Numbered from the stretch's first letter, positions 39,600 through 52,470 are shown. The stretch is 64,000 nucleotides of DNA from Takakia lepidozioides (GCA_030704615.1 CM060731.1:27528001-27592000), one strand, 5' to 3'. The notes: a model not told the origin generated them from the sequence alone. Made by a program: numbers and translations.

Positions 39600-42524
39600 G
39601 GTACTCAATTTACAGATGAAGGTTTTGATGAGAAGGAACTGCACAAGGAAGTGACAGATATCATAAGGGAAATGCAGAAGAGTACTGATATTCCTATGGC
39701 AGATTCCTCTGATTCTGAAAGAGAAGAGGAAGTGAGTGAGGATGAAGGGAAGAAAGAAGTTGCAGAAATGCAAGGTAATGAAGGGACTTTGGCTGAAGTA
39801 ATATGCCAGTCCAAAGCGAAGATTACCATTGGACAGCTATTGGCTGTGGCACCTTATTGTAGACACAGGCTGTATCAAGCAATCAATCGAATTGCCCATG
39901 TGACAGGGAACACAGACCTGAACAGCAAGGTGACCAATTATAATGTGAAGCCAGAAGGGCGAGAAACAGTCATGGACTTTGCTGATTCTATGCCAGTAAT
40001 CCAATTGAGAATTGGAAGCACAGAACTAACTGATGTACTGATAGATGGAGGCTCTGGAGTGAATATCATGACAGACCAATTAAGGCAGAAGCTTGGTCTA
40101 AGAAACATGAAACCAGCCCCATTTATAGTAGCAATGGCAGATCAAAGAAGTGTACAGCCATTGGGATTGATAAGAGGAGTTAAGATACAGATTCAAAAGA
40201 TGATATTTATGATCACAGTAACTGTGTTGAAAATAGATGAAGTCATGGAAGCTTACTCCTTATTGTTGAATTGACCGTGGCTGAAACAGGCCAGGGTATT
40301 CCATGACTGGAATTCCCAGTTACTAACTGTGCATGATGGGATGCACAAGATACAAATCACCACTAAGAAATCTAGTAGACTACCTGCTACGAGAAGACCT
40401 CGAGGGGTCAGGGAGTATGACTGGAGGGGAGGACTTGATGAGGAGTAGGAAGCTACCATGTTCACTGCACACCCAAAGTAGGAGCAGGTTGCAGAGATAC
40501 AACTGGAAGGCCTAAGTTGTTTAAAAGGTATCTGTTGTGGTGTAGTGACAGCAACACCAATTGAGGGTGAAACAAGCAGTTACCCACCACATTTCTATGA
40601 AGAAATAGAGGGAGAAATGGAAATCCTAGAAGAACCAGCCACTGTGAGTTTACAGGATGAAGTGGTGACTGGTTGGACAATCACAGCTGATGAGCAGGTG
40701 AGAGAAGTGAATGTGGGAACTGAAGGGGAACCGAGGATGGTGAAGGTAGGGGCTGATTTGGAGCCAGAATTCTTTGAGGAAGCTAAGAGTCTGTTCATCA
40801 AATACAGAGATGTATTTGCTTGGAGCTACGAGGATCTGAAAGGGATACCACCTGAGATCTGTCAGCATAAGATTGAACTGGATCCAGGGTCAGTACCAAT
40901 CAAACATGCAAGGTACAGAATGAATCCCAACTATGCACAGAAGGTTGGAGAAGAGATCAAGAAGTTGGTTGAGGCTAAGTTTATATACCCGATACAGTAT
41001 ACAACTTGGTTGTCACCCATTGTAATAGTTCCCAAGAAGAATGGTAAACTAAGAGTTTGTGTGAACTATAAGAAGTTGAATGCTTGTACGAAGAAAGATC
41101 ATTTCCCTTTGCCATTCACAGAAGCGGTATTGGACACTGTGGCAGGCCATGAGATGTACTCATTCATGGATGGCTTCAGTGGTTATAATCAAGTGCAAGT
41201 GGGAGAAGAAGACCAGGGAAAGACAGCTTTCATCACAGACTGGGGTGCTTATGCATACAAAGTCATGCCTTTTGGACTTTGTAATGCACCAGCAACCTTT
41301 CAGAGAGTGATAAGTGAATCTTTTCATGAGTATCTGGATGATTTCATGTAGGTGTTCCTGGATGATTTCAGTGTGTACAGCTCTAAGAATGAGCATTTGC
41401 ATAAATTGGAGTTATGTTTGGCCAGATGCGGGATGAGAGGTCTGGGCCTGAATCCAGAGAAGTGTACTTTCTGTGTGAACTCAGGGGTGCTTTTGGGACA
41501 CATTGTGTGTAAGAGGGGACTTCTTGTGGATCCCAGAAAGACAGAGGCCATTAAAGCCTCTCCACCACCAGTAAATGTTAAGAGTCTAAGGAGATTCCTT
41601 GGACAAACCAGTTATTACAGAAGATTTGTCAGACGGTATGCACAGATAGCAGCACCATTGAGCAAGCTTCTGAAGAAAGATGCAGTGCTTGCATGGACAG
41701 CTGAATGTCAACAGGCTTTTGAGGAACTTACATTGTCAGTAACAACTACACCTGTGCTGATTAACCCTCACTGGCATGTAGTATTTCATGTTCACTGTGA
41801 TGCCTCAGGAGAAGCGTTGGGTGCAGTGGTAGCCCAAAATGTTATAGGAAATATAGATTCACCTGTGTACTATGCTAGCAGGTTGATGAACAGTGCTGAA
41901 AGGAATTATAGCACAACTGAAAGAGAAGCACTGGCAATGATTTATGCAGTCAAGAAATTCAGGCATTACCTATTGGGAAGGAAGTTTATGTTTTATGTGG
42001 ATCACCAGGCTCTGATATATCTGGTGAACAAACCTTTGATAAGTGGAAGGATAGCAAGGTGGTTAATAATCTTGCACGAGTTTGAGTTCGAAGTTGTTTA
42101 CAAGCCTGGCCGTTTGCATCTTGTGGCAGATCACTTGTCACGCCTATCAACAGGAGAGCCCGCCACAGGAGTAGAATTCTTGTTACCTACCATGAGAACT
42201 GAATGGGGAAGGAGAATGGAATTAGAATATTCAATTAAGGTCAGGAAACATGAATTATACCATGTGAAAGAAGTACGTGCTGATGCAGCTGATAACATGA
42301 CCAGAATTCAGATGAAGATGAAGGATCGAGGTAAATTAAAGACTTTTAAGACGGGAGATTTGGTACTGTGGTTGCAGAAGAAGGGGAAGAATAAAGCTTT
42401 TAAGTTTAAATCACCATGGAAAGGACCTTATGTCATACAGAAGATGTATGATAATAACACCGTCATGTTACAGACCATTAACAAAGAAATGCTGGGAAGA
42501 GTCAATGCCAATAAGTTGAAGTGA
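39600..42524 (+). pseudogene. gag-pol remnant: protease, RT, RNase H and the integrase C-terminus only
   Basis: A single frame has in-frame stops at 40272, 40446, 40479, 41349 and 42522. Motifs: VLIDGGSGVNIM (PR); FMDGFSGYNQV, VMPFGLCNAPATFQR and FLDDF (RT); HCDAS, NYSTTEREALA and YVDHQAL (RH); FKTGDLVL..WKGPY (IN C-terminus). Confidence 0.9.
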
Positions 42525-42677
42525 TACAGTGGTATCCATGACAAACCATTGCAGCACGATTTGCATGTTGAAACACAAAAACAGTCACGGGCTACGCCAG
42601 TGATACCAACGGAGTATAGAGCACTTGTCGCTAAGCCGAGCATGTATGACCAGGGCGGGAAGTACAGGTGTTCGCAT

Positions 42678-42910
42678 AGCTATCACAGTCCATCACAGCG
42701 TGACTCGGCCTATCACAGCCCATCACAGCGTGACACAGCTTATCACAGCCCATATTAGTGCCACACAGCCTATCACAACCCATCACAGCGTGACACAGCT
42801 TATCACAGCCTATCACAGCGTGACACAGCTTATCACAGCCCATCACAGTGTCACACAACCTATCACAGTTCACCACAGTTAGACACAGCCTGTCGCAGCC
42901 CAACACAGCC
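42678..42910 (+). repeat. 10-bp-period array (C(C/T)ATCACAGC / GTGACACAGC) after pol
   Basis: Tandem catcacagcg, tgacacagct and tatcacagcc units, about 23 copies. Confidence 0.9.
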
Positions 42911-43245
42911 CATGCGGGTTACACAGTCCATTGGGTCAGTGACAGGTGGACGCGGGTTAACGTCAGAAAAGTGGCTGTCAAGTGAAGAAGAGGTTTGGAA
43001 GTCAAACTCGGAGAATATGCCACGCGGAGAAGGGGGCATGTCTAAAAACGGACACGTGGCCACTAAGGCGAAGCACACCGCAGTGCATAGATTGCAAGAG
43101 TGGGTCTCATCATGTAAGAGGACAAATCGGGCCGTCAAAGTACCTACCCGGTACATCAGCTAAAACTATTTGTGGGCCCATTAATGCATTCAGGGCAGGG
43201 GTAACATAACCCTTTCCGAGTATAGAAAAAAAGGACTTATGCCAC

Positions 43246-46200
43246 ATGTGCTGTCCTACTGGACATTCCAGGTGGGAATGTCCACGGAGGGGGGTGGAAT
43301 TAAGAAGTTACCTAAGCAGGCAACAGCCAATTAGGAGTGAGAATTTCATGCAGGTGGTTCCCTCCAAGAAACAAGAACAAGAAATTGGAAGTGTTATGAG
43401 TAGAAGAGTCGGGGTGGCTCCGAATAGGCAGTGTCTCGACGGGAGGGGCAATCAAAGCACTAGCTTTGTAGCTATGGCGGACGTAACGGATTACACGCTC
43501 GCTTTACTTCTCACGCAGTGGCGCAAGGACAGACGAATTGAGAGTACATTTTCTCTCACTCGATACTTGCAAGCCCCACAGGCTTACACGCACTTACCTG
43601 TTCCATTTTGTGCCAACCATACATTTATGCTCTGTGCCCTGCAAGCTTTCCTTCAGCTGTTTCAAACAAGGCCTTTTTGTTTGTCTAGAATGAAGAGAAT
43701 GAGGGGAATGGAGGATATCAGGGTGAAGAGCACCACGATTCTGCAGAAGCAAACAATTGCTAAACCGCAGGCAGTGCAGCTGCTGAGGGAGTTGCGATTG
43801 GAGGGGCTGCTACGCAAGGACTGGTCCTTGCATCATCGGCAGTATATGATTCAATTTCTTCAGAACTTTGAGCCTCGGACGGGAGTTACCCATGTGAGGG
43901 GAGTAGATATAGAAATTACTCCCCAGTACTTGCAGCAATTGTTTGATTTGCCATCGGGTCATGTGGATGTGGATGAGCACAGGGCAAGATTGCAGATAGG
44001 GAATTTGTTCCAAGAAGGGAGTTTCTTTAAGACTCAAGGTTACGCTTGTACCAAAGCCAAGTACCCACGGCTCAGAGAAGTTGGCCAAATATTGAACGTT
44101 CTGTTTGCCATGAAACAGAACCAACAATATTTGAGCAGGTCATTCACAGAGGAGATCCTGAAAGCTTTGAGGGGAGAGGATGTAGCTTGGGCAGAGTTAA
44201 CGTACAATGGTCTGGTGGAAGAGATGAAGAGGTTACAGGGCACTACTGCTAAGTCTCCGATCATTGTGTTTGGTCCAGTCATTGCCCAAATCATTCTTGA
44301 CTCTTGCATACTTGATACTCGGGAACGTAAGGAGATGGGAGTGTTTGAGGCAGTAACCATTGCAATTGAAGAGCAAGGCTCTTCACATAGTGAGGGTGGA
44401 CTGGTAGGGCAATAGCAGTCTAAGAGACAGAAGCGGGGTATGACTGTAGTGGCGGATCCACTGGTTTCACGGAAACCGCAAGATGATGTTTCCCAAGCTC
44501 TTGTGCACGATGGGGCACAGCAACACAGAGGGCTGTTATTATTGGAAGCACGGCCTTTGGAGAGGGAAGAAGAAGTCACTTTGGTACCACAGCCATCACA
44601 ACTAGTTGCCTAAGTTGTCTCAGAGGTTCCACAGTTAGAACATGCTGTGATACCACCCCCAATTGCTCTGGACGGAGAAAGGTTGGACATTCCCACTACA
44701 GAGCAGGTCGTGGCAGAAATTGAGAAGGGTGACCTTCTCTATGAAAACTCTGGCTTGGTAAGGGAATCAGTGGTTCCAGAGGTGCAGAGTTTGTCCAGGG
44801 AAATCCCTGCTGTGCATGTAATACCCACACCTGTGATGGAGGTATCAGGGGTAGCATCTAAGGACACTGCAACACCTGTGGAGGATGAGGTGGTTTAGGA
44901 AGAGGATCTGGTGGGGCAATGGCCTGAATGGTTGGTGAAGCATCACATTGTGGAAGATCAGGGGGAACAGCAGCAAATTCACCATGATGACCCCCAGTAG
45001 GCCATGCTTATGAGTTCCATCAGCAGGACACTCAATTTGTTGGGCACTTATGTGAAATCTCATGTTCCATCTACCCAATTGGCAGCTTTGAAGGAGGAAC
45101 TCAGGAAGGAGTTTGAGACTCGAATTGCCACTGAGTGTGCTAACAAGGTAGATGAGGAGGTCAATCTCAAGTTACAGCAAGAGTTGGAGGACACAAAGGT
45201 TGCCTTGCAGTTGGCTAAGGGACATTTGATTGAAGCAGGTCTCGAGCACGACCAGTTGCATGAAACACATAAGCAACAGTTATACCAATTACAGGTGAAG
45301 CATGAGGGCAAGTTGCAAGACATGAACGTACTACATACAGAGTTGGAGGCAGTACATTAGAGGATGACCATACAATGTGCTACACTCACAATTGCTCTAG
45401 AGCAAACTGCATTAGAAGTTAACAGACAAGGGGAGAGATGTATGATGGCAGAAGCTGAGATAATAGAGCAAGGGAAACTCATTGTTGATTTGCAGGCTAC
45501 AATCTGTCGCAATGAGAATACTTTCCAACAGTACAAACAGGTTGAGGCTGACCAGGAGAGGTACATCCTGGAGTTGCAACAAACAGTCATAGTTAATAGA
45601 AATGAACTCTCTGTGGCTAACAAGGCTTGGAAGGAAGCCAATAATCTGGCTGCTGTCTATGCGGGCCTGGTTGAACCTCATGCAAAGCGCATGGAAGCTT
45701 TACAGCAGCAGTTAGATGTGTACAGACTCACGGAGGAGCAGACTCTCAGGGGTGCCACACAGGACTTGGTGGATAACCACCTTATGCAGATCTGGTTAGC
45801 ACAAGGGCCGGTAGAAGGCAAAGCACCAAGGAAGCTCACCCAGGGCGAGATGAATGAGCTCAGATTGCAGGTGCAGAACATTGTCACAATTACAATAGAC
45901 AATGTCTATAGTAGGATAGCGGAGCTACAGGAGGATGTGGAAGGCCTGCAGATTCAAGTGGATGACCTGAGTTCAAATATTGACAAGAGAGTCTTTGTTC
46001 CTGAGGAGCAGCTGATGGCTACTTATTTACATGCCAGGACTCTAATTCTTCAGTCTTCTTCGCAGGGGGTGCAGGAGCTGCCAGTGGTAGAAAGGCCAAT
46101 GGTACCAATACCACAGCAGGTGCCTGTGCAGGTAGTTGACCCTGTTGCTACTACAGCCAAACCACAGCCAGAGGTATGGGGGGATGCTGCTTTTAACCCA

Positions 46201-47247
46201 TCTAGGACTCCTGCTGCACGAGAGTACAGTCGGGCTATGATTATGCCCTTCAACCAAATTCCCATTGTACTGGATTTGGCTTGGAAGGAATTTAGTCCTC
46301 CACAGTCGTTGGCACATTACTACCAGATCATGCGCATTTGGTTGCCGGTGGCCACTCGGACTAAGGTTCTTCCGAACAATCGACCCATTGAGGATCATCA
46401 CTTTGCCAGGTACTGGTCTGAGGCAGGTACTATGCTGAAGGAATTAATTGTCTTCCAGGTTGTACATGGGTACATCTATACCAAGACCAAGGAGGTATCT
46501 AGTATTGTCATGGGCTGTGGATTATACTATGCTGCTTGTTTTATGGCACGTTATCATATTGAGCAGCAGAAGATGCAATCACGATTTCTGAGTTATTCCA
46601 GTGGGGATCATTGGGTCTTACCTTCAGTGCCACCTCATATGCACCTATATGATGCAAAAGTTATGATGCAGAAGGATTCCCAACTTCGTTCATGGTTTAA
46701 TTCGGCTTGGAACAATTTGGCAACACAGAAATTCGGCCCTGAGGATATTTTCTTTAAGGGACATGAAGCCTGGAAATACTTACACTGTTCCAAAGTTATT
46801 GGCACACCTCTCACCTATACGGCTAAGGAGTTCAGGGCGTTCACTAATTTTGCTTGCAAGCGCTTACAACAAGTTGTACAGTTTAAACTTCCAGACATGG
46901 TGGGCCTACATTGTATGCCACGTAGGATTCCCGAGAAGCCACTTAAAGTTCGGCCGTTAAAACACCTAAGGGGGGACGATGATTCTGATACTACTGTTTC
47001 TTCAGAGGACTCTTTTGACATGGCAGAGGACTATGCACTTCAGATGGCAGAGAAGAAACGACGGGGATCTCCTATGCCTGAGAGGTTACCTCGTTATCAG
47101 CCAAATGAGGGTCAGACATTTCCAAGTAGTGCTCAATCATCTCCATCAGCCAGTGACAGGACTCAAGCTCGCACACGGAGTCCTTCCCGAGACTCTCATC
47201 GACAGAAGGGTGCTCGCTCACAAAGGTTTGCTGATCCCAAACAGTAA
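43246..47247 (+). pseudogene. Large additional ORF of the Gypsy element (~1200-1300 aa if repaired): plant-transposon ORF1-like N-terminus, coiled coil and an unknown C-terminal domain
   Basis: ORFs 43246, 44647, 45004 and 45364 are all in the same frame, separated only by point stops at 44413, 44611, 44896, 44998 and 45358. It contains the QFLQNF...HVRGVDIEITPQYLQQLFDLP motif and a long heptad-rich Glu/Gln/Leu segment at 45050-45990. Confidence 0.7.
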
Positions 47248-47285
47248 ACCGTGAGGACACGGCTTTTTAAGAGGGGGAGGGGTAA

Positions 47286-48166
47286 TGTTAGAGGGCTGCT
47301 TGGGACTTAGACGCTTTTACGGGTTCTGTGGGGTACCCTTAATTTTTGCGCAAACTGAGACCAACAGGAGCCTTAGGAGTGGCAGAAGCAGATTTTAGGG
47401 GGTTACACAGCCCATCACAGTCTATCACAGCCTGAAACAGCTTTACACAACCCGACACAACTTCGCACAGCCAGTCACAGCTCGACACAACTTCACACAG
47501 CCCGACACAGCTTCGCACAGCCAGTCACAGCCCGACACAGCTTGACACAACCTGTCACAGTACATGGGGAACAGTTATCATTGACAGGGAACGACTGTGT
47601 GGGAACGACATCTGCAGAGGGGACGTGTTACTTCAGGGGTGACGGTTAGTTAGTTAGGTGGTTAAAACAGCTTGCGGGTAGATTAGGCAGAGCGGCAACA
47701 GGAAGGGGATCACTTCTTGAGGAGGGCGACTTGTTCAGGAGAGGAAGAGACGTAACGGAGAGCGGAAACAGTGAAGAGGAGATAATGACTTGAATGAGGC
47801 TTAGTTCATGCAAGCTGTAAAATTATACAGTAGGGTAGAATAGAGACACCATGGCATAGGCATGATACATGATTAATCTTAATCCGATACTGAATCGATA
47901 CAAACATACTGTGTAGAGAGACACGAGAGAAGCTGTGGAATGAATGCATGATTAATTGGAACTTAGTAGATACTGAAGCAATCTGATGCTTTAGTATACA
48001 CGGTAAGGTAAATTAAGGAAGGAATACAAATAAGAAGCACAACCATGATTCAGTAGCTGCAAGTCATGACTGATTGTTCTGAGCAGACTGAGTGCTTAGA
48101 GATATCCAACTCTTCTATCTTGGAGTTTCCAGATAGCGAAGGGATGGGTGAGTAAAAGCCGCTCGA
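47286..48166 (+). repeat. 3' LTR of the first Gypsy element; right end uncertain, probably cut by the next insertion
   Basis: It starts with TG immediately after the PPT and contains a 10-bp cacagc array at 47404-47560. Confidence 0.65.
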
Positions 48167-49360
48167 TAGGGGGGTTTAGCGATGCCCCAGCGACCTCCAA
48201 CCGCCGCGATTAACGACGGAAATACTCTACGACGCCCGTGGCGCGCCGGGGGCATTTTGCGACGTCGGGAAGTCGGAGAGACGTCGCAGAGATGTCGTTC
48301 CCGGAACGTCGTTAATTAGCATCGTCGGGGAATCGCAAACCCCCCGGGACCCCCCGGCCGCGGCGCCGGCGCGACTTGCGACGTCAAGGCATCCAAAAAA
48401 ATAAAATAAAAATAAAAAAATCCTGCGATGCCGCATTAGGGTCGTAAATGCGACCCCCAGACGTCACAGTTTAGGGGGGTACATTTGCATTTAGGTGAAA
48501 AATTTTGAATTTGAATTTGAATTTTGAATTTCAAAAATTAGTTGACCATTGACTCGGCGTTGACCATTTGACTCCGGTTTTGTCCAATGGCAGTTCATAC
48601 ATTATTCTACATATATTAGACAATGCATACTTGAACCTAGGACCTCCACATTATAACATTTCTAGGACACTACACACTAACCAACAAATCTACAATACAT
48701 CTATGTATCACAAAAGCAGTCCAAGTATATATATATCAAGAGTTAGCTCCAAATGACTACCACTATCTCAATCATATCATCGTGTTGCAGATTATGCATA
48801 CTCTACAGGAGCTCTCTTAGCTGGAACTTGCACTGAGACTTGTCCCCAGAGTTCTTCAAGAACAAATATCTATTAATGGCCTAAGTTTTACAAAGCTGCA
48901 TTGGAACTTATCGTTGGACAATGGCTGTAGTCTGAGGATGCCAAGCCCATTATGCTCTACAATCTACTTACAGAATCAATTTTTTGCGATGCCCCCAAGA
49001 CGCCTGAGAATCGCAGCACCGCAGCCCCTACGCTTTTGCGACGGCTGGGCGCTCCTGCGACGGCGGGGAGTTTTATTTTTATTTTTATTTTTTCGAGCAT
49101 TGCGATTCCCCGGCGTCGCAGCGAATTGTTGCGACGCCGGGGTGTCGCACCCCCCCCCCCAGCGCGTTGGCGGGGGAATGGGGTCAAGCCCCTTTCCGGC
49201 GACAACATGGCATCTCAAGATGCCACAACGTCGTCCAAGCGCCGACGTTGCGACACCCCGACGTCGCAAGTCCCAGGTCGGGCGCCTGCGCGACACTGCA
49301 ATCGCAGGGTGGTCGACGCGTCCGGCACGCCCAGGGTCCCGGCGTCGCTAACCCCCCCTA
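48167..49360. mobile_element. Non-autonomous TIR element with TAGGG termini (hAT-like), 1194 bp
   Basis: The left end is TAGGGGGGTTTAGCGATGCC and the right end, reverse-complemented, is TAGGGGGGGTTAGCGACGCC. Both arms have dense GCGACG/CGTCGC subterminal repeats. No matching TSD. Confidence 0.8.
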
Positions 49361-50079
49361 AACGTAGTAGTGTTTTGAGTTAAAAATTCTAGGTGAAGTT
49401 AAAATATGCTTCTTTGAATTTTTTTTTAAATTGAAAACCAAAAGCTTTGGCGACCATATTTGTTCGAGAGAGAATGAATGATAGAAGGTGATAGTCCTAT
49501 GGTTTTTGTGATTAAGATCATGCACCATGAGTGAGCCTTATGGTTAGAAACACATGCAAATCTTGCATATATATGGCTTATAGTGGCACATGACATGGGA
49601 AGGGCCGACATAGGTGGAGAGAAACATACCAGGCTCTTTGAGATTCTAGGTTTACTGTTATGCGATGTGATCACCATATGGGATATGATCTTATATTGTA
49701 TGCATTATAGATTGAAATGATAGGCATATAGACAGTATAAGAGAAATTGCAGAAATTAGGTCCTGTCATGATTGAAATGCTTGAACCAATGTGGATCTAT
49801 GCAGCGACATCACCGTAGGATTTTGAGTGGTGTCTTGTATGTTCAATGAATAGTGTTGATCAAAGCAGGGCTGAGAACTTGAGAGATGAGGGTCTGAACC
49901 CTTTGTAGGTACTATGGGTGGTTAGCCCACAGTGACAAACATAAATGTGATCACAAAGGTAGGGATAGCTGTAGATGAAAGACCAGGGATAGAATGTGGG
50001 TCCAGATTCATCCAGAGAGGGCTGCATTTCAAGCACAAGATTGTCTGTGGACGTAATGTTGGCAAAGTGAGTTTTTTTC

Positions 50080-50660
50080 ATGTAGGATGCGAGGGAGTCT
50101 AGAGGTTGACTGAACTCTAGTACGATGTACATGTATACCAAATGTGAGAGCATCTTGGATACAAAGGTAGTGTTTGACCATATGGCGTGCCAAACAAGTG
50201 GTGGTGTCTTGGAGTGGTGTGATTGCAGAATATGCACAACATGGGTGTGGATGGAGGCTTGATATACCAATGAGCAAATGAGGCGGGAAGGGGTGAACCT
50301 AGACCAAGTGCTGTTCGTTTGTGTTTATAATGCTTGTGTGAGCCTTGTAGCCCTGGAAATGGGTAAAGTGGTCCATGTTGACATTGTCAAAGCTGGAATT
50401 CATGTACTTGAATGGGCGGGAAGGGGTGAAGCTAGACTAGGTCATATTTTTGGTGTTTGTAATGTGTGTGTGAGCCTGGCAGCCCAAGAATGGGCACAGA
50501 TATTGTGGTCCATGGTGGAATAATGAAAGCTGCAACTGTACCAGATATCATTCTGAACAATATTACCCTCCTAGACATGTATACTAAAATGCAGGACCAT
50601 CGAGGATGCAAGGGCGTGTTTGACAATATGGTTGAATGAGTTGTACTGGTCTCCTTGAGT
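50080..50660 (+). pseudogene. Highly decayed PLS-class PPR fragment
   Basis: EQMRREGVNLDQVLFVCVYNACVSLVALEMGKVVHVDIVKAGI and PDIILNN..LLDMYTK, paralogous to 36490-38030. Confidence 0.75.
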
Positions 50661-50868
50661 GTTATGAATTTCGTTAACATAGGCTCAAATTCAAGCCGTG
50701 GTCTATCCTCTGGTTGGAAGGCCCGGGGATGGGAATGCCTCTTCTAACACTTGTAGGCATGTGAGGATGCTATGTGCGCATGCATGAAAGAGGCTCTACA
50801 GACTTTAAACCAAAGAGGCGATTCAGCATATTCAAATGCCTACAACATTTCAATACATCAAAGGTTCA

Positions 50869-52470
50869 GCTGTGAGGGGCTGTGACAGGCCGTGCCCATG
50901 GCCTTTGGGGCTGTGACGGGCTGTGTCAGGCTGTGGCGAGCTGTGACGGGCTGTGACGGGATGTGATGGGCTGTGGCAAGCTGTGACAGGCTGTGATGGG
51001 CTGTGATGGGCTGTGACAGGCTGTGCCCTGTGCCCTGTGGGGCTGTGACGGGCTGTGTCAGGCTGTGGCGAGCTGTGACGGGCTGTGATGGGATGTGACA
51101 GGCTGTGCCCAGTGGCCTGTGGGGTTGTGACGGGCTGTGATGGGCTGTGGCAAGCTGTGACAGGCTGTGCCCTGTGCCCTGTGGAGCTGTGACGGGCTGT
51201 GATGGGCTGTGACAGGCTGTGCCCTCTGGCCTGTGGGGCTGTGACGGGCTGTGACAGGCTGTGGCAAGCTGTGACAGGCTGTGATGGGCTATGATGGGCT
51301 GTGACAGGCTGTGCCCTGTGCCCTGTGGGGCTGTGACGGGCTGTGTCAGGCTGTGACAGGCTGTGCCCAGTGGCCTTTGGGGCTGTGACAGGCTGTGCCC
51401 TGAGGCCTGTGGGGCTGTGATAGGCTGTGCCCAGTGGCCTTTGGGGCTGTGACGGGCTGTGCGGGGCTGTGACAGGCTGTGCCCTGAGGCCTGTGGGGCT
51501 GTGACAGGCTGTGGCGAGCTGTGACAGGCCGTGCCTGAGGCCTTTGGGGCTGTGACGGGCTGTGAGGGGCTGTGACAGGCCGTGCCTGAGGCCTTTGAGG
51601 CTGTGATGGGCTGTGAGGGGCTGTGACAGGCCGTGCCTGAGGCCTTTGAGGCTGTGACGGGCTGTGAGGGGCTGTGACAGGCCGTGCCCATGGCCTTTGG
51701 GGCTGTGACGGGCTGTGAGGGGCTGTGACAGGCCGTGCCTGAGGCCTTTGAGGCTGTGACGGGCTGTGAGGGGCTGTGACAGGCCGTGCCCATGGCCTTT
51801 GGGGCTGTGACGGGCTGTGAGGGGCTGTGACAGGCCGTGCCTGGGGCCTTTGGGGCTGTGACGGGCTGTGAGGGGCTGTGACAGGCCGTGCCTGAGGCCT
51901 TTGAGGCTGTGAGGGGCTGTGACAGGCTGTGCCTGAGGCCTTTGAGGCTGTGACGGGCTGTGATGGGCTGTGGCAAGCTGTGACAGGCTGTGACAGGCTG
52001 TGACTGTGCCCTGTGAGGCTGTGACGGGCTGTGAGGAGCTGTGACAGGCCGTGCCCATGGCCTTTGGGGCTGTGACGGGCTGTGAGGGGCTGTGACAGGC
52101 CGTGCCCATGGCCTTTGGGGCTGTGACGGGCTGTGAGGGGCTGTGACAGGCCGTGCCTGAGGCCTTTGAGGCTGTGAGGGGCTGTGAGGGGCTGTGACAG
52201 GCCGTGCCTGAGGCCTTTGAGGCTGTGAGGGGCTGTGAGGGGCTGTGAGGGGCTGTGACAGGCCGTGCCCATGGCCTTTGGGGCTGTGAGGGGCTGTGAG
52301 GGGCTGTGACAGACCGTGCCTGAGGCCTTTGAGGCTGTGATAGGCTGTGAGGGGCTGCGACAGGCTGTGCCCAGTGGCCTGTGGGACTGTGACGGCTGTG
52401 ACCAGTGAGCTGTGTGGGCCTGTGCTGGTCTGTGGTGGCCCGTGTTGACCTGTGGACGGCCTGTGCTGAC
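50869..52470. repeat. Tandem array, 10-bp unit GCTGTGA(C/T/G)(A/G)G with a 51-bp higher-order repeat
   Basis: For example ggctgtgacg ggctgtgagg ggctgtgaca ggccgtgcct gaggcctttg a repeats every 51 bp around 51550-52200. It is the reverse complement of the arrays at 42678 and 47404. Confidence 0.95.

Larger units (their letters stand above)
39600..48166 (+). mobile_element. 5'-truncated Ty3/Gypsy (non-chromovirus, Phygy/Athila-like) LTR retrotransposon with a large additional ORF
   Basis: It has PR-RT-RH order, an extra ORF downstream, a PPT gagggggaggggtaa (47271-47285) and an LTR starting TGTTAG at 47286. The 5' LTR and most of gag are absent. Confidence 0.88.

Noticed and set aside
50869-52470. 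Possible CRISPR-like array
   Set aside because: There are no unique spacers and no cas genes, and the context is eukaryotic.
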